DNA of 64,000 nucleotides from Narcine bancroftii (Eukaryota): assembly GCF_036971445.1 (NCBI RefSeq), contig NC_091475.1:27590001-27654000 (forward strand), given 5' to 3'. Below, piece after piece: positions 48,422 through 61,619 of the stretch. A program made the translations under genes and the position numbers. Every line of letters begins with the position of its first letter. The stretch's first letter is position 1. A model generated the notes under the pieces. It had not been told where the DNA came from. It searched no databases and was given only the letters and a program-made list of their open reading frames with translations.

Positions 48422-48746
48422 CTGAAGCCACAGCTCAGTTCCAGCGTGGACGCAGCCACGGGAAGCACTTCCGGTGTCACAAGCTCGTCGCCGAAATCCA
48501 ACTCTTAAATAGCCTAAAACACTACTACTCCTTATTAAAATGGTAAAATTATACTCTTGTTTAAAAATTATAAAATTAAAATGAGCATGCAGGTCAAGCA
48601 TTCCCGCCCCGCCCCCTCCATTTGAATGCGGCGCCGCCGTTGCTATGGGGCGAGAAGCGACGCGCGCGGCCGAACGGATCCGGAGCGTGAGGAAGAAGCA
48701 AGGGCGGGAGGAGGAGAAGGAGGAGGGCGCCCCTCGCAAAACATGG
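48422..48746. promoter_or_regulatory. CpG-rich bidirectional promoter: blzf1 (minus) and probable nme7 (plus)
   Basis: Minus-strand donor CAG|gtgggt at 48422/48421, ETS motif ACTTCCGG 48467-48474, GC boxes 48603-48616, X-box-like GTTGCTATGG at 48639, plus-strand donor at 48746. Confidence 0.7.
48743..48745 (+). CDS. nme7: Probable ATG-only first coding exon of NME7
   Basis: AAAAC-ATG|gtgagc in the CpG island. Identity rests only on the known BLZF1/NME7 head-to-head synteny. No second exon was found in the window. Confidence 0.45.
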
Positions 48747-49381
48747 TGAGCGGCGGCGGGAGGGGCCCGCACGGCGAATCTCAGTGGCCGGGCCGTCCTG
48801 TGAGAATGAGAGGCTCCTCGGGGTTTGAGCAGTTCCTTGGTTGTGGTGCGGGATGATCTTCTTCGTGGTTTGTTTGTTTCACGTTGATCGCCTTGTTTGA
48901 AGAATACATCAACAGCGTTCATTCAGGTCCCTTGCCGTTTGGTGTGGGAGATCAGGTCCCTCCATGGCTCACGATCTCTGACTCTCCGGCCTGTAGTTGG
49001 TTGCTTCCCCTGTTCTCCTTCGGTGAAGCCTCCATCTTTGAGCCGAGGTGTTGAGTTCATGATTAGACGAGGGAAAAATACTGAAGTGCCTTCGGTTGCA
49101 GTGTCCTTACTGGATGGTAACCCCGGCCATCGATCAGCCCAGCGGTTTTACAACCATAAATTCCAATTTGTAGAATCTACTTGTAAAAACCATCTGCTTA
49201 GATCTGGAGAGAATTTTGCAGTCGTCCCATTCCATGACAACTATCTCCCGTGAATGGAAGCTTCCTTAAAGAGATTGTCTTTCACTGTATTTTTTTGTAG
49301 GTATAAAACAGCTGAGTGTGGCAGATATGGAACAGGCCAAGTTTAGAGAGACTAAATGTGCACTTATTTAGCTGTACACAC

Positions 49382-50054
49382 AAAATTGCTGGAGGAACCC
49401 AGCAGGTCTCTCAGCGTCCATAGGAAGTAAAGATATATAACCAATGCTTTACTGCTGAGCCCTTCCTTCTTCAAGGTCCTCCAGCAATTTTGGGTATTAT
49501 AGCTAAAATGCTGGAGGAACCCAGCAGGTCTCTCAGCGTCCATAGGAAGTAAAGATATATAACCAATGCTTTACTGCTGAGCCCTTCCCTCTTCAAGGTC
49601 CTCCAGCAATTTTGGGTATTATAGCTAAAATGCTGGAGGAACCCAGCAGGTCTCTCAGCGTCCATAGGAAGTAAAGATATATAACCAATGCTTTACTGCT
49701 GAGCCCTTCCCTCTTCAAGGTCCTCCAGCAATTTTGGGTATTATAGCTAAAATGCTGGAGGAACCCAGCAGGTCTCTCAGCGTCCATAGGAAGTAAAGAT
49801 ATATAACCAACGCTTTACTGCTGAGCCCTTGCTTCTTCAAGGTCCCCCAGCATTTTTGGGTATTATAGCTAAAATGCTTGAGGAATTCAGCAGACACAAA
49901 AATGTTGGAGGACCTTGAAGAAGGGCCCAGACGTGAAACGTTGGTTATATATCTTTACTTCCTATGGAAGGCGGAAGCGAAGAGACCTGCTGGGTACCTC
50001 CACTAATTTTGTATTTGCACTACTATCACAGCGTCTGCAGACTTTCATGTTTCA
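49382..50054. repeat. About 4 tandem 122-bp units of a Penelope-like terminal repeat plus an inverted copy
   Basis: Period 122 is visible (identical ORFs at 49471, 49593 and 49715). About 49893-50054 is the reverse-complement arm. Confidence 0.9.
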
Positions 50055-50059
50055 GATTT

Positions 50060-51305
50060 AATGTCAGATTGCAGACGTGATATCATTTACAACTGAGAAT
50101 CTGTTTCCTGCAGGCAAGGCAGAATATTAGTGGCAGTGCAAAAAAAAAGGACTCAACATACACATATAAAGAAATGTAAACAAACTGCAATAGAGAGAGC
50201 AAAAAAAGCAATAAAGTTCAAAGTAAGAGTTATTAAATGAATCCCTGATTGAGTTTGTTGTTGAGGAGTCTGATGGTGTTCCCGAACCTGGTGGTGTGAG
50301 GCTTGTGGCACCTATACCTCTCCTGATGGTGGTAGCGAGAACAGATTGTGTTCTGAGTGGTGTGAATCCTGGATGATTGCTGCTGCTCTCCATTGGAAGC
50401 ATTCCCTCTAGATGTTCTCAATGATGAGATGAGGGTTTTATCTGTGATGTCCTGGGCTGTGACCACTACCTTTTGCAGTGCTTTGTGCTCAGGGGCATTG
50501 ACTGTGATGCAGCCAATCAGCACACTTTCCACTACAATCTATAGACATTTACCAGAGTTTCTTATGTCATGCCAAACCCCTGCAACATTCTGAGGAAGTA
50601 GAGGCACTGATGTGCTTTCTTCATGATGCCATTAGTGTGTTGGGTCCAGCATAGATCCTCCAAGATGGTGACTTCCAAAAACTTAAATTTACTCACCCTC
50701 TCCACCTCTGATCCCCCAATAATGATCACTGAATTGTATACCTCTGGTTTTCCTTTCCTGAAGTCAACAATCAGTTCCTTGGTTTTGGTAATATTGAGTG
50801 CAAGATTGTTGTTTGTGCACCATTCAGCCAAGTTTTTAATCTCCCTCCTGCATGCTGACTCATTTTCCCTTTTTATACAACCCACTACTGTGATGCCTTC
50901 AGCAACTTTGTTAACGGTGCATGCCAAGCCACACAGTCATAAGTGTAAAGAAAGTAGAGTAGGGGGGCTAAGAACACAGCCCTGTTGTACTCTGGTACTG
51001 ATGGAGATTGTGGAGGAGAGGTTCTCCCCAATCTTCACTGTTATGGACTGTAGGTGAGCAAATCCATGATCCAATAACACAGTGGGGTGTTGAGTTCCGG
51101 GTCTTGGAGTTTGCTAATCAGTTTTGAGGAGATGATGGTGTTAAATGCTGAACTGTAGTCGATAAAGAGCATCCTGATGTATGCACCTTTGCTGTCAAAG
51201 TGTGCCAGGGCTTTGTGGAGAAAAGTGGGATGACATCTGCCATAGTCCTGTTGCTACAGTAGGTTTGGAATGGATCCCTGTTGCTGCTTAGACAGGAGCT
51301 GATTT
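50060..51305 (-). mobile_element. Rex1/Babar-like LINE fragment
   Basis: WCTNNNLALNITKTKELIVDFRK...FKFL...KKAHQCLYFLR. Confidence 0.8.
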
Positions 51306-51395
51306 CCAATGTTGTGTTCTATTCTTTGCCATTTTCTAACTTCATATCTGAGGTTTAGTGATTTAAATTCATTACTCTGGCATGATGGCAAAATC

Positions 51396-51634
51396 TTACA
51401 ACATAATCCTGTTCATGCTACGACCCATGACTGCATCACCAGATACAACTTCTACAATGTCATCATGTTTGCAGATGACACAACAGGAGTTGGCCTCATC
51501 AGCAACAACGACGAGTTGCCCTACAGAGAAGAGATGGAAAATCTCGTGAAATGGTGCAAGAGTAACAACCTGAGTCTTAACATAGACAAGACGAAGGAAA
51601 TGATTCAAGAGGCATACTGTGATCATTTTTTCCT
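51396..51634 (+). mobile_element. Rex1/Babar-like RT fragment
   Basis: FADDTTGVGLISNNDE...WCKSNNLSLNIDKTKEMI. Confidence 0.75.
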
Positions 51635-51645
51635 AAAGGATCTCT

Positions 51646-52227
51646 CTAGGCTCCTAGAACGCTTCCACCAGCGTTGTCTCCGCTCCATCCTCAACATCCA
51701 TTGGAGCGCTTTCATCCCTAACGTCGAAGTACTCGAGATGGCAGAGGTCGACAGCATCGAGTCCACGCTGCTGAAGATCCAGCTGCGCTGGATGGGTCAC
51801 GTCTCCAGAATGGAGGACCATCGCCTTCCCAAGATCGTGTTATATGGCGAGCTCTCCACTGGCCACCGTGACAGAGGTGCACCAAAGAAAAGGTACAAGG
51901 ACTGCCTAAAGAAATCTCTTGGTGCCTGCCACATTGACCACCGCCAGTGGGCTGATAACGCCTCAAACCGTGCATCTTGGCGCCTCACAGTTTGGCGGGC
52001 AGCAACCTCCTTTGAAAAAGACCACAGAGCCCACCTCACTGACAAAAGGCAAAGGAGGAAAAACCCAACACCCAACCCCAACCAACCAATTTTCCCCTGC
52101 AACCGCTGCAACCGTGACTGCCTGTCCCGCATCGGACTTGTCAGCCACAAACGAGCCTGCAGCTGACGTGGACTTTTTACCCCCTCCATAAATCTTAGTC
52201 CGCGAAGCCAAGCCAAAGAGAAAAAAG
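51646..52227 (+). mobile_element. RTE LINE 3' fragment
   Basis: TSD AAAGGATCTCT at 51635-51645 and 52228-52238. Confidence 0.93.
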
Positions 52228-53419
52228 AAAGGATCTCTAATTACAAGATTGCTAATTTTCCTGTCTCATTGCGCAGGTCCAAATCCAAGGTGGCATGTTT
52301 CCTTGTAGGTTCAGTATCATGCTTTTCAAGAAACCCAGCATATTCTATGAAATTTTCCTCAAGGTTGTGAACCTATCAGAACTTTTCCTTAATGACTTAA
52401 TTGTTTTATTGTCATCAATAGAGGATGAGCAAATGTAGGTTCTTGGGAGTCACTATCTCGGAAGATCTTTCCTGGAACCAACACACCAATGGCATCATGA
52501 AGAAAGCCTCTACTTCCTCAGGAGTTTGCGGAGGAGTTAGTGGAGTTGTTCAAGTGAACCGGTACGGACTTGAAGGGCCGACATGGCCTGTTTCCGTGCT
52601 GTAAATGGTTATATGGTTATATGGTTAATTGGACCATTATTTCTGTGTTGGGGCATTGTTAAAGTTATCTATTTGATTCACTTCTTTGATCTTTCCCATT
52701 TGATTTTGTTTTCTCCAGGTTTTGTTTACAGTTTTCTTGTAACTTGTTAAAGATTCTTTTAAACCAGAAGAGTTTAGTGCAGCATTTATTGCAATCTATC
52801 TTTTCACTCAAAATCTCAGTCCCTCTCTACTCAGAAGAGGGAAACAATTGTACAGTTTTCATGGGGTGTGCAATTTTGGAATTCTTCCTCTTGTACTTTG
52901 AACATTTACTTGTACTAGACTGAGAGTGAAGCCAACAATCAATCTGATCAATATAGATATTTCTATATAGACTGGCTTTAAGTTTAATTTAGCAGTTGCC
53001 TTGTATTATTAAAATCCCATTGAGATTGTGTATTATTGGGCAGTTGGCATGTGGCTTGGTACGTTGTACATGAGCATAGATACTGTGAGCAATAGTGAGG
53101 TGTTAAGTCAGCTCTTGTATTTAATGTTCATGGTTTATCAGATTTCATACTACCTTACACGATCTCATTTATCAAAAATCCATCTAACTCTGCCTTAAAA
53201 ATATTGAAAGGCTCTATTTCTGTAACCCTTTGAGGAACAGAATGCTGAAGATTCATGACCCTCTGAAAGAAAAACAAAATGCCTCTTTTGTCTAAATTGG
53301 GTTTTTAAAAGGTGACATTTACATTTTCGTATGAGGAAATGTCCTCTGCACACTAGCCCATCGGGGATTCTGAGAGATTGGCTCCATCTATATTTGGAAA
53401 GGCAAAGACTAGAAATAGT

Positions 53420-54335
53420 CAGCATGCTTTGTGTGTGAGTAATTGTGCCTCACAAATTTGATTGAGGTTTTGAAGAGGTTAACAAGAGGATTAATGGGAG
53501 TAGAGCAGTAGACATGTGTACAAGGACATTAGCATGACCTTTGACAAGGCCCTGCATGATAGGCTGGTCTGAAAGGTTAAATCACATGACAAAGGGTGAG
53601 CTGGTCAACTGGATATGAAAATGATTTTGTGGAAGTGGAAGGTTGTTTTACAGGTTGGAAGTCCATAAACTAGTGGTGGGCTGCAGATATTGGTTCTGTG
53701 CCCAGTGTTTATATTCACATATATTAAAGATGCAGTAGGCATGACCAATAACTTTGCAGATAACATTAAAATTGAAGGATGTTGTCTAAGAGGATCAAAG
53801 TCAACTAGGAAAGTGGGCAAAGAACAGCAGATGAAATTTAATTTGGACATGTGTGAATCAAACCGTTTTGGGAAATTACATTAGGGCAGGACATATGCAG
53901 AACAAGATGGGGCTTGGGGAGTATTGCCGAACAGAAAAGGAAGGGCATAAGTACATTCAGTATGTCCCTGAAAGTGGTGACACAGCTAGACAAGGTGCAG
54001 AACAAAGAATATGGTACACTAGCCTTCACTAGAGTGGATACTGAGGACAAGAATTAGGATGGAGGACTGAAGAGCAGCCATTGTTGTAGAGATTCAAGAA
54101 GAGATCTGGGGATAATCTTGGAAATTATAGGCTGGTTAAAGGCAAGGAAACTATTGGAATGGAAACAGGAATAAAATTTACTCACATTTGGAAGGATAGT
54201 GTGAGATAAGGCATAGCTTTATACAGCGTGGGTCATGTCTTACAAATTTAGTTGAGTTTTTGAGAAGGTGACAAAGGTGGTTAATGAGGGCAAAATTGTG
54301 GATGTTCTCTACGGGGGCTTTAATAAGGCATTTCA
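53420..54335 (+). mobile_element. CR1-type LINE fragments (degenerate)
   Basis: Decayed CLTNLIEF-, D...FDK- and FADN-like motifs. Boundaries approximate. Confidence 0.6.
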
Positions 54336-54435
54336 AGATTCAAAGTTCCTTTTATTGTCAGAGATTGGTGCTGTGTCCAGCGTTTTTTGTCAGATATATT
54401 AAATATTTAAAAGACTTAAATACGTTAAACTAACC

Positions 54436-57400
54436 AGTAGTGTTTGCGCTGTGGAGCAAAGAACGAGACTGACAGATTTATTTCAAAACTTGCTGCTTTA
54501 TTGTTTGCTCATTGAGCATTTTAAATGTGCTCCCTGTTCCTGCCACTGGGAACCAGAAGCTGTGTCTCTGACAGGCAGCTATTGATGCTTCATGTATGCA
54601 GGCCCTTTCCTTGAAGGGAAGGGGAAGATGCCTAGCGTCATCGAGGTGTAGGCTGCTTCGACCGCATGCGCTTTACAATTGGAGCCAGTTCGCCTGAACA
54701 CCAAGTTGCCACACAACCACCCCCCAGAACTGTGACCTCCCCCCCCCACCCCCCCCACAACCCAAAGTCTGCACTTTCTTCTGTTTGGGCAGCCTGCCTC
54801 TACGCCTGGGTGCTTGCACTTCAACTGGCTTTTCCAAGTTCACGTGCACTGGCTTTAATCTGTCAATTGTGAACACCTCCTCTTTACCACCCACGTCCAA
54901 CACAAAATTAGACCCTTTGTTTATTACTACTCTAAATAGCCCTTTGTATGGCTGCTGCAGCAGTGGCCAGTGTGCGCCCCTTCTAACAAAGACATTCTCA
55001 CGGTCCTTTAATTGTCTGGGAATGGAGGTCGGTGTTCGTCTGTGTCAGGAGGTCGGGATGGTGCCCTTTGCAGAGCTTGTTCAGGGCCACCATGGTGTCT
55101 GTTTCTTGCCCCCTCGGAGCAGGTAGGAACTCGGTGGGGAGTGCCAAGGGGGTTCCATAGACCAGTTTGGCTGAATAAGCTTGCAGTTCTTCTTTGGGCA
55201 CTGTGTAGATCCTGAGTAGGACCCAGGGAAGTTCATCCACCCAATTTGGGCCTTTCACCTTGGGCACAAGTGCTGATTTCAAGTGTCTGTGGAAGTGCTC
55301 CACCAAGCCATTTGATTGCGGCTGATAGGCTTGATGTGAGCTGACTACGGTGCCCCTCAGGCTTGATGTGAACTGTGCCACTCTGTCCTATGTGATGTGG
55401 GCTGGGATGCCGAATCATGCTACCCAAGTTGCGACTAGAGCCCTGGCGCAGGATTCGGTGGTAGTGTCTGTGAAAGAAACTGCCTTGGCCATCTGGTGAA
55501 ATGGTCCACCATGGTGAGGAGGTACCATGATACTAGCAGTGGCCCTACAATGTTGATGTGGATATGGTCGAATCTGCAGGTTGTAGGTTCAAACTGCTGC
55601 AGGTGGGCTTTAGTATGCCTCTGGACTTTGGCTGTCTGACACTGAGTGCATGTCACTGACTTGTTTTTTGAGGCCTTGCCACATAACCCGTTGGATATCA
55701 TGCATACTGGGGTTTGGATGGTGGGGTGCACTAGGCCATGTACGGAGTCAAATACACGCCATCTCCAGGCTACCAGGACGATGGGGTGGGGATGACCTGT
55801 GGCTGAATCACAAAGCAGCATTTACTCACCTGGACCCAAGGGTATGTCCTGCAGCTGCAAGCCTGAGACTGTGGTCTTGTAGCTGTGTGTCTCCTCATCT
55901 CCTCATTGCGCCTCTGCTAGCTCTGAGTAGTAAATCCCCTGTGCCAATGCATGAATGGTTGGCCCGGATAGAGCGTCCACCACAACTTTGTCTTTAATGG
56001 ATCACTGTTGTGAATTCCGATATATACAAAAGGTGTTGCTACTGCCGAGCTGACCAGGGTTTTGATATTGGTGAATGCAAAGGTTAGGGGCTTGTGGTCA
56101 GTGAAAGATGTAAACGGTCTGCCTTCCAGAAAGTAGAGTGCTAACAACTCTCTGTCGGAAGCACTGTATTTCAACTCGAGTAGTCTTAACATCTACTAAA
56201 GAAGGCCAAGGGCTTCCAGTGTCCACCTACGAGTTGTTCCAGTACTCTGCCAATTGCTGTGTTTGATGCATCCACTGTGAGGTCTGTCAGAACGTTAATC
56301 CTCGGGTGTACTAGCATGACAGCATTTGCCAAGGCCTCCTTTGTTTAGACGAAAGCTGCTTCAGCCTCTGGGTTCCAAATGATGTCTTTCTTTTCACCCG
56401 ACATCAGGATGAAAAGTGGTCGCATGATGCTGGCTGCTGATGAAAGGAAGTGGTGGTAGAAGTTTACCATGCCCACAAATTCCTGCAGCCCTTTGACTGT
56501 GGTAGACTGTGGTTGAAATGTCAGATGGCTTCTACCTTGTTCGGTAGAGGAGTTACACTGTCCTTTGAGATCCTGTGACGCAGGAAATCAAATGTCTCCC
56601 GTCCAAATTGGCATTTGGCTGGGGTAATGGCCAGTTCAAACTTTCTCAGTCGGGTATACAGCTGGCCGAGGTGGGAAAAGTTCTCCTTAGAGTTCCTGCT
56701 GGGGATCAGGATGTCGTCTAGGTATAGGAATAGGAAATCCAAATTCCACTCCACTGTATCCATTAGGAGCTGAAAAGTCTGTGCCACACTTTTTAGTCCG
56801 AAAGGCATCCGCAGAAACTCGAACAGGCCAAAGCAGTTTTCTGGTTGTTCTCTGGCTGCACTGGGATTTGATGGTAGCCACGTACCAGGTCGACTTTTGA
56901 GAAGATGCGGGCTCCATGTAGGTTGGCTGCAAAGTCTTGAATGTGTGGTAGGGGGTAGCGGTCCGCCGTGGTGGCTTCATTCAGATGTCTATGGTCCCCA
57001 CACGGCTGCCAACCCCTGGCTATCTTCGGCATCATGTGTAGCAGTGAGGCCCAGGAACTGTCAGACCTGCAGACAATCCTGAGCTCTTCCATGCGCCTGA
57101 TCTCCTCTGACCAAGCGGAGTTTGTCCGGGGATACTTTTCTAACCCCTGTGTGTAGGGGTGGCCCTTGAGTGATGATATGGAGCTACATTCTATGCTTTG
57201 GCATGGTCGAGGTGAACTGTGGTTTGAGGATTAATGGAAATTCAGTAAGGAACCTACTGGTCGCTGGACAATGCGACAGAGTCCAGGTGCAGTGCAGGTA
57301 GTCTGGCTTCCCCAAAAGGGAATGTTTAAAAGGTTTCGGCATGGACCAGCCTCCAACCCTTCAGGTAAACCAGCAAACTATGGGCCCCAAGAAAATCTGA

Positions 57401-58481
57401 CTCCAGGAGCGGTTTGTCCACGATGGCCAACGTGATTTAAATATGTTGGTGCCAAGTTGTAGTTGGACCTTGCATTTGCCATAGGTCCATATGGAACTGT
57501 TGTTTGTGGTTCTCAAGGTGAGTCCACGCTGTCTGGTTGTTGTCCTTAGTGTGGTGGGTGGGATGACGCTGATTTCTGCTCCCGTGTTCACAGGGACATT
57601 TTGTCCCACATGTGCAGCAGTCTGTCTGGGTGGCCAGCAGCTGAAGTCATCAGCAGTGGCTGGCCCTGGCATTTCCCTGAAACTTGCAGGGTGATTGGCA
57701 TGTCAGGCTTCTGTACCCTATCTGCAGTAGAAGCACCGTGGGTCCTCTGTGTCCTCCATCTTCCATTGGGGTTGCTGGTGCTCCGTGTCCCTCTGGGCTT
57801 GGCAGGCTGTAGGGTCCTTGTTCTGGATAGCTGGTTGATGGCAGCTTCATTCTCCCTCCTGGTTTTCCAGAGGATGTCTGTTCTGGCTGCTACCTTCCAG
57901 GGGACACTGAAGTCTGCGTCTGCCACCATCAATTGGATGTCATCAAGCATTTGCTCGAGGAATGAAGTCATCTACCCGGGCAGCAGTTTCTTGGTCCAAG
58001 GAGCTCACCACGTGGAAGTACTCTGTGGAATCTCATGTTATTTGTCTGATCTGGAACTGTGCCTCTGCTTGACTGAACCAAGTATGAGGTTGGAGTGTCC
58101 AGAAGGTAGGAAGTTTTAATGCAACAGCTTTTACTGCTGCTGTATCCATGATATTGGGTCCAAAATGCCCTTTGGACCATTGGGGTCACCAATGTAAAGT
58201 TCACGATATAGAGTGAATAATGAGACTGGCAGTCAACAGGTTTGTTCCAAAACTCGCTGCTCTATTGTTTTCTCAGTGAGCGTTTTAAAGGCGCTCCCTA
58301 TTCCCACTGCTGCGAACCAGAAGATGTGTGACTGACTGGCAGTTTTTCATACTTTGCATTTGCATGCCCTTTCCTTGAGGGGAAGCAGAAGATGCCTAGC
58401 ACCAGCTTGGTATAGGCTGCTCCGACTGCACGCGCGTTACAATTAGAGCCAGTTTGAACACCAAACGCATTGGTCACCACA
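54436..58481 (-). mobile_element. Old, decayed Gypsy LTR retrotransposon of the same lineage as 11025-15258
   Basis: 5' LTR about 58193-58481, PBS TTGGTGACCCCA, KLPTFW gag start, VNTGA protease, YLDD RT, integrase remnants, PPT, 3' LTR about 54436-54713. No TSD recognised. Confidence 0.9.
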
Positions 58482-58689
58482 CGTGCATGATGTAATTTAA
58501 CCTTTGTTACAGCAAACAAATAGTCACCATGAGCATCGGCTGGCATCCCTAACAACAGGAGAAAGAGAAGCAAAATAAAGTCTCTTTGGAGTCACTGAGT
58601 GTCTGTCGATTCACCTCCAGCACTCGTGCAATCTCGGCGGCCACACAGACACCTGTTTGATTCATCGGCAACCCGAGCTCCAGATCAAA

Positions 58690-59504
58690 ACCTTCAGCAT
58701 TCAAGAATCAAAGTTAAATTTCTCTGAAACATTAAATAAGTAATCCCATTCTACCCTGTCAAAGGCTTTCTCAGCATCCAATTAAATAATAAATTCAGAA
58801 GGTGAAACAGTGGGAGAATAAAGGATATTTAATAGATGACAGATATTAAATTGTGAATAATGACCCTTAATAAAGCCAGTTTGATCTTCAGATATAATAA
58901 GAGATAATATTTTTTAACCTACATGCCACATCTTAGTATCTTAGCATCAGCATTCAAAAGAAAAATTGGCCTGTAGGAAGAACAGTCAGAAGGATCTTTT
59001 TTTTTAGGAATAAGAGAGATTGAAGCTTCATAAAAGTTATCCAGTAATTTCCAGCAGCCAAGAATTCAGAAAGAACTGAATCCAAATGGGGAAAAAATCT
59101 TATAAAACTCTGCTGGGAAACTATCGGGACTGGGAACTTTGCCTGACTGCAAAGAGATAATTATTGTAGCAATCTCCTCAAAAGAAATGGGCTTCTCCAG
59201 CAGTAACTGCTTCTCTGAAGATAGTGAAGGAATATTTAAATTATACAAAAAATTTCACTACAGAGGCTGAATCTTTAATTGATTGAGTACTATGGAGCTT
59301 AGAATAATATTTACAAAAAACTTCATTTATCTCAACATGATCAGCAGTAGTCATTCCATCATCTATACATAGTTTTTATTTTGGCTGGCTAAAGGCTTCC
59401 CAGCCTTATCTCCATATATGTAGAATTTAGATTTACTTTTTAAAAGTTGAGTCTGTATAGGGTAAGTAAGAAGCAATGAAATCTAGTTTTACGTTTGACG
59501 TTTT

Positions 59505-59535
<31 letters not shown>

Positions 59536-60510
59536 AGTAAAACAAGGTTTTAGAATTAAGACATATTGTTGATCAATGCATTTCAACTGGTTGGCTAGTT
59601 CATCTCCCTCTGAATTGGCACTCTTTTTTACTTTAGCCATAAAAGAGATTATTTTACCTCAATGTAGGGTTTAAAGGAATCCCAGATTACCAAACCAGAG
59701 ACCTCAGAGGAGTAATTTTTATTAAAAAAAAGCAATTTGATCTTTCATAAATTGCAAAAAATCAGGATCAGACAATAAAATTGGATTCAAATGCCATTAC
59801 TTCGTGTTCTAGGTAAGTCTGGGATATTAATAGATAAAACCACCAGAGTATGATCTGATATTATTATACTCTCATATTTACAAGAGTCAACAGTGCAATT
59901 AATTGTTGGTCTGTGAGGAAATAATCAATCTGCAAGTAAGTATGACATACATTAGAAAAAAAAAAGAGAATTCCTTATGATTAGGATGGAGAAATCTCCA
60001 AACATCTATAATACTAGACTGCAACATAAATGAATTAATAAGTATAATGGACTTATTTAAAATAACAGTTTTGGGAGATCAATGGTCAAGCACAGCGTTT
60101 AGTCATTAGTTTAAATTGCCTCCTACAATCAAATAATATAAATTTAAATCTGGAAAAAGAAAGATGTTCAAAAAAATTTGGATCTTCAATATTGGGGCCA
60201 TAAACATTAACAAAAAATAGTTTATTATAAAGTTTGCCAGACAAAATCAAAAAGCATCCATTAGTGTCAGTGATAACATTATGTTTGAATCAAAATTGAA
60301 ACGCCTCTAGACTTAGCCATAAATGATGAGTGGAAGTGTTGTCCCAAATGTTTAAGAAATGAGAGGTATCAGATAAACACAGATGAGTTTCTTGTAAAAA
60401 GGTTATCCCAGGTTGAAACTTTTTAATATGTGAAAAGACTTTACATTTAATCAGATGGTTCAAACTCGAGATATTCCAATAAATTATATTAATACCTTTA
60501 GCCATCTGAA
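58690..60510 (-). mobile_element. L1-clade LINE ORF2 5' part (endonuclease to start of RT), decayed
   Basis: INIIYWNI...FLQETHL (APE start) and LQSGKVPSPDSFPAEFYK. Confidence 0.8.
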
Positions 60511-61619
60511 AAAATCAAAATCAATAATATAATGAAAAAAAATTTAGATCAGTAAAATGTAAATTAATAAACTAATAAATTCTTTCAAAGTATCGAGGCA
60601 TTCCCAGTCAAAAACAGCCAACATAACTTCCCATACAAATCCCAGACTAACCTTGTTAATCTTTCTCCCCCGCACACAATTATCCCAAACTGTCCTTGAC
60701 ACTATGCTCATAAACAAAACAACTGCCCCACCAAATCTCACTGTTGGCAGCACTCCCAGAAAAAAAGTTTAAAAAAAAAGCCAGGTTCCCACAACCATTA
60801 GACATATTATGGCTAAAAGAAACAAGCAAGACCAAAGTGAAAGACATTAATAGATTGAAAGTTATATTGCAAAAAAAAAAGAAAATCCAGAAACCCAACT
60901 AAAAACGATTAATTAATTCGAAAGAGAGAGAATTAGTAATCCTGTAGCGGAAAAGAAAGAATAAGGAAAATGACTCTTCTCCAATTATAAAAATAAGTAC
61001 AAAGAAAGAAAGAGCTAAGCAGAATCCACTTTAAACCATAAAAAGCTATTAATACCATGGCACAATGAAATGACCAAGCAAGTGTTAAGGAGCATTCAAC
61101 TGGAACTCATGCTGCGGTGCATAAAGTTCCCAAATCGAGATTAACCCGCAACCTCAATAGCAAAACAAGAAAGAAAATAGAGCCAAAGTGTCAGTACTTG
61201 ACTAAACAGTTGACGTTGTCAAAGATTATTCCAAAAATTTAGAGAGTTGAACCACTTTGGAGATTTGTCCAACAGAGTGATTCGCAGTCAGGCTGGGAAG
61301 AGCAGTGAAGGCTTGTGTCCAACTTTATACAGCTGAGACGTAACATCTTTATATTGACACTGTTTTTTCCTCTCTCCTGGCTTCTTCTCCATATCCAATT
61401 ATCACCTTTTGTGTGTTGGTCTGTATTCACCCCCCCTGCCATTTCTTTTATTTAGGCGCCTGCATGCTTTTTCTCATACCTTGAAGAAGGGCTCAGGACC
61501 AAAACGGCTGTAATACATTTTTACCACCTATGGACACTGCGATATCTGTTGAGTTCCTGCAGCATTTGAGTGCTTTTACTGCAGTCACAGCTAGTGCAGA
61601 CTTTTGTGTTTCACTCAGG

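Noticed and set aside
48335-48922. 195-aa ORF across the CpG island
   Set aside because: This is stop-poor GC-rich promoter sequence with no recognisable homology.
49382-49892. Active retrozyme array
   Set aside because: The hammerhead core in the tandem units lacks GAAA and a paired stem II.
51309-52166. 285-aa ORF that looks like a new RT protein
   Set aside because: It is a chance in-frame fusion of a Rex1 fragment and an RTE insertion bounded by a TSD.
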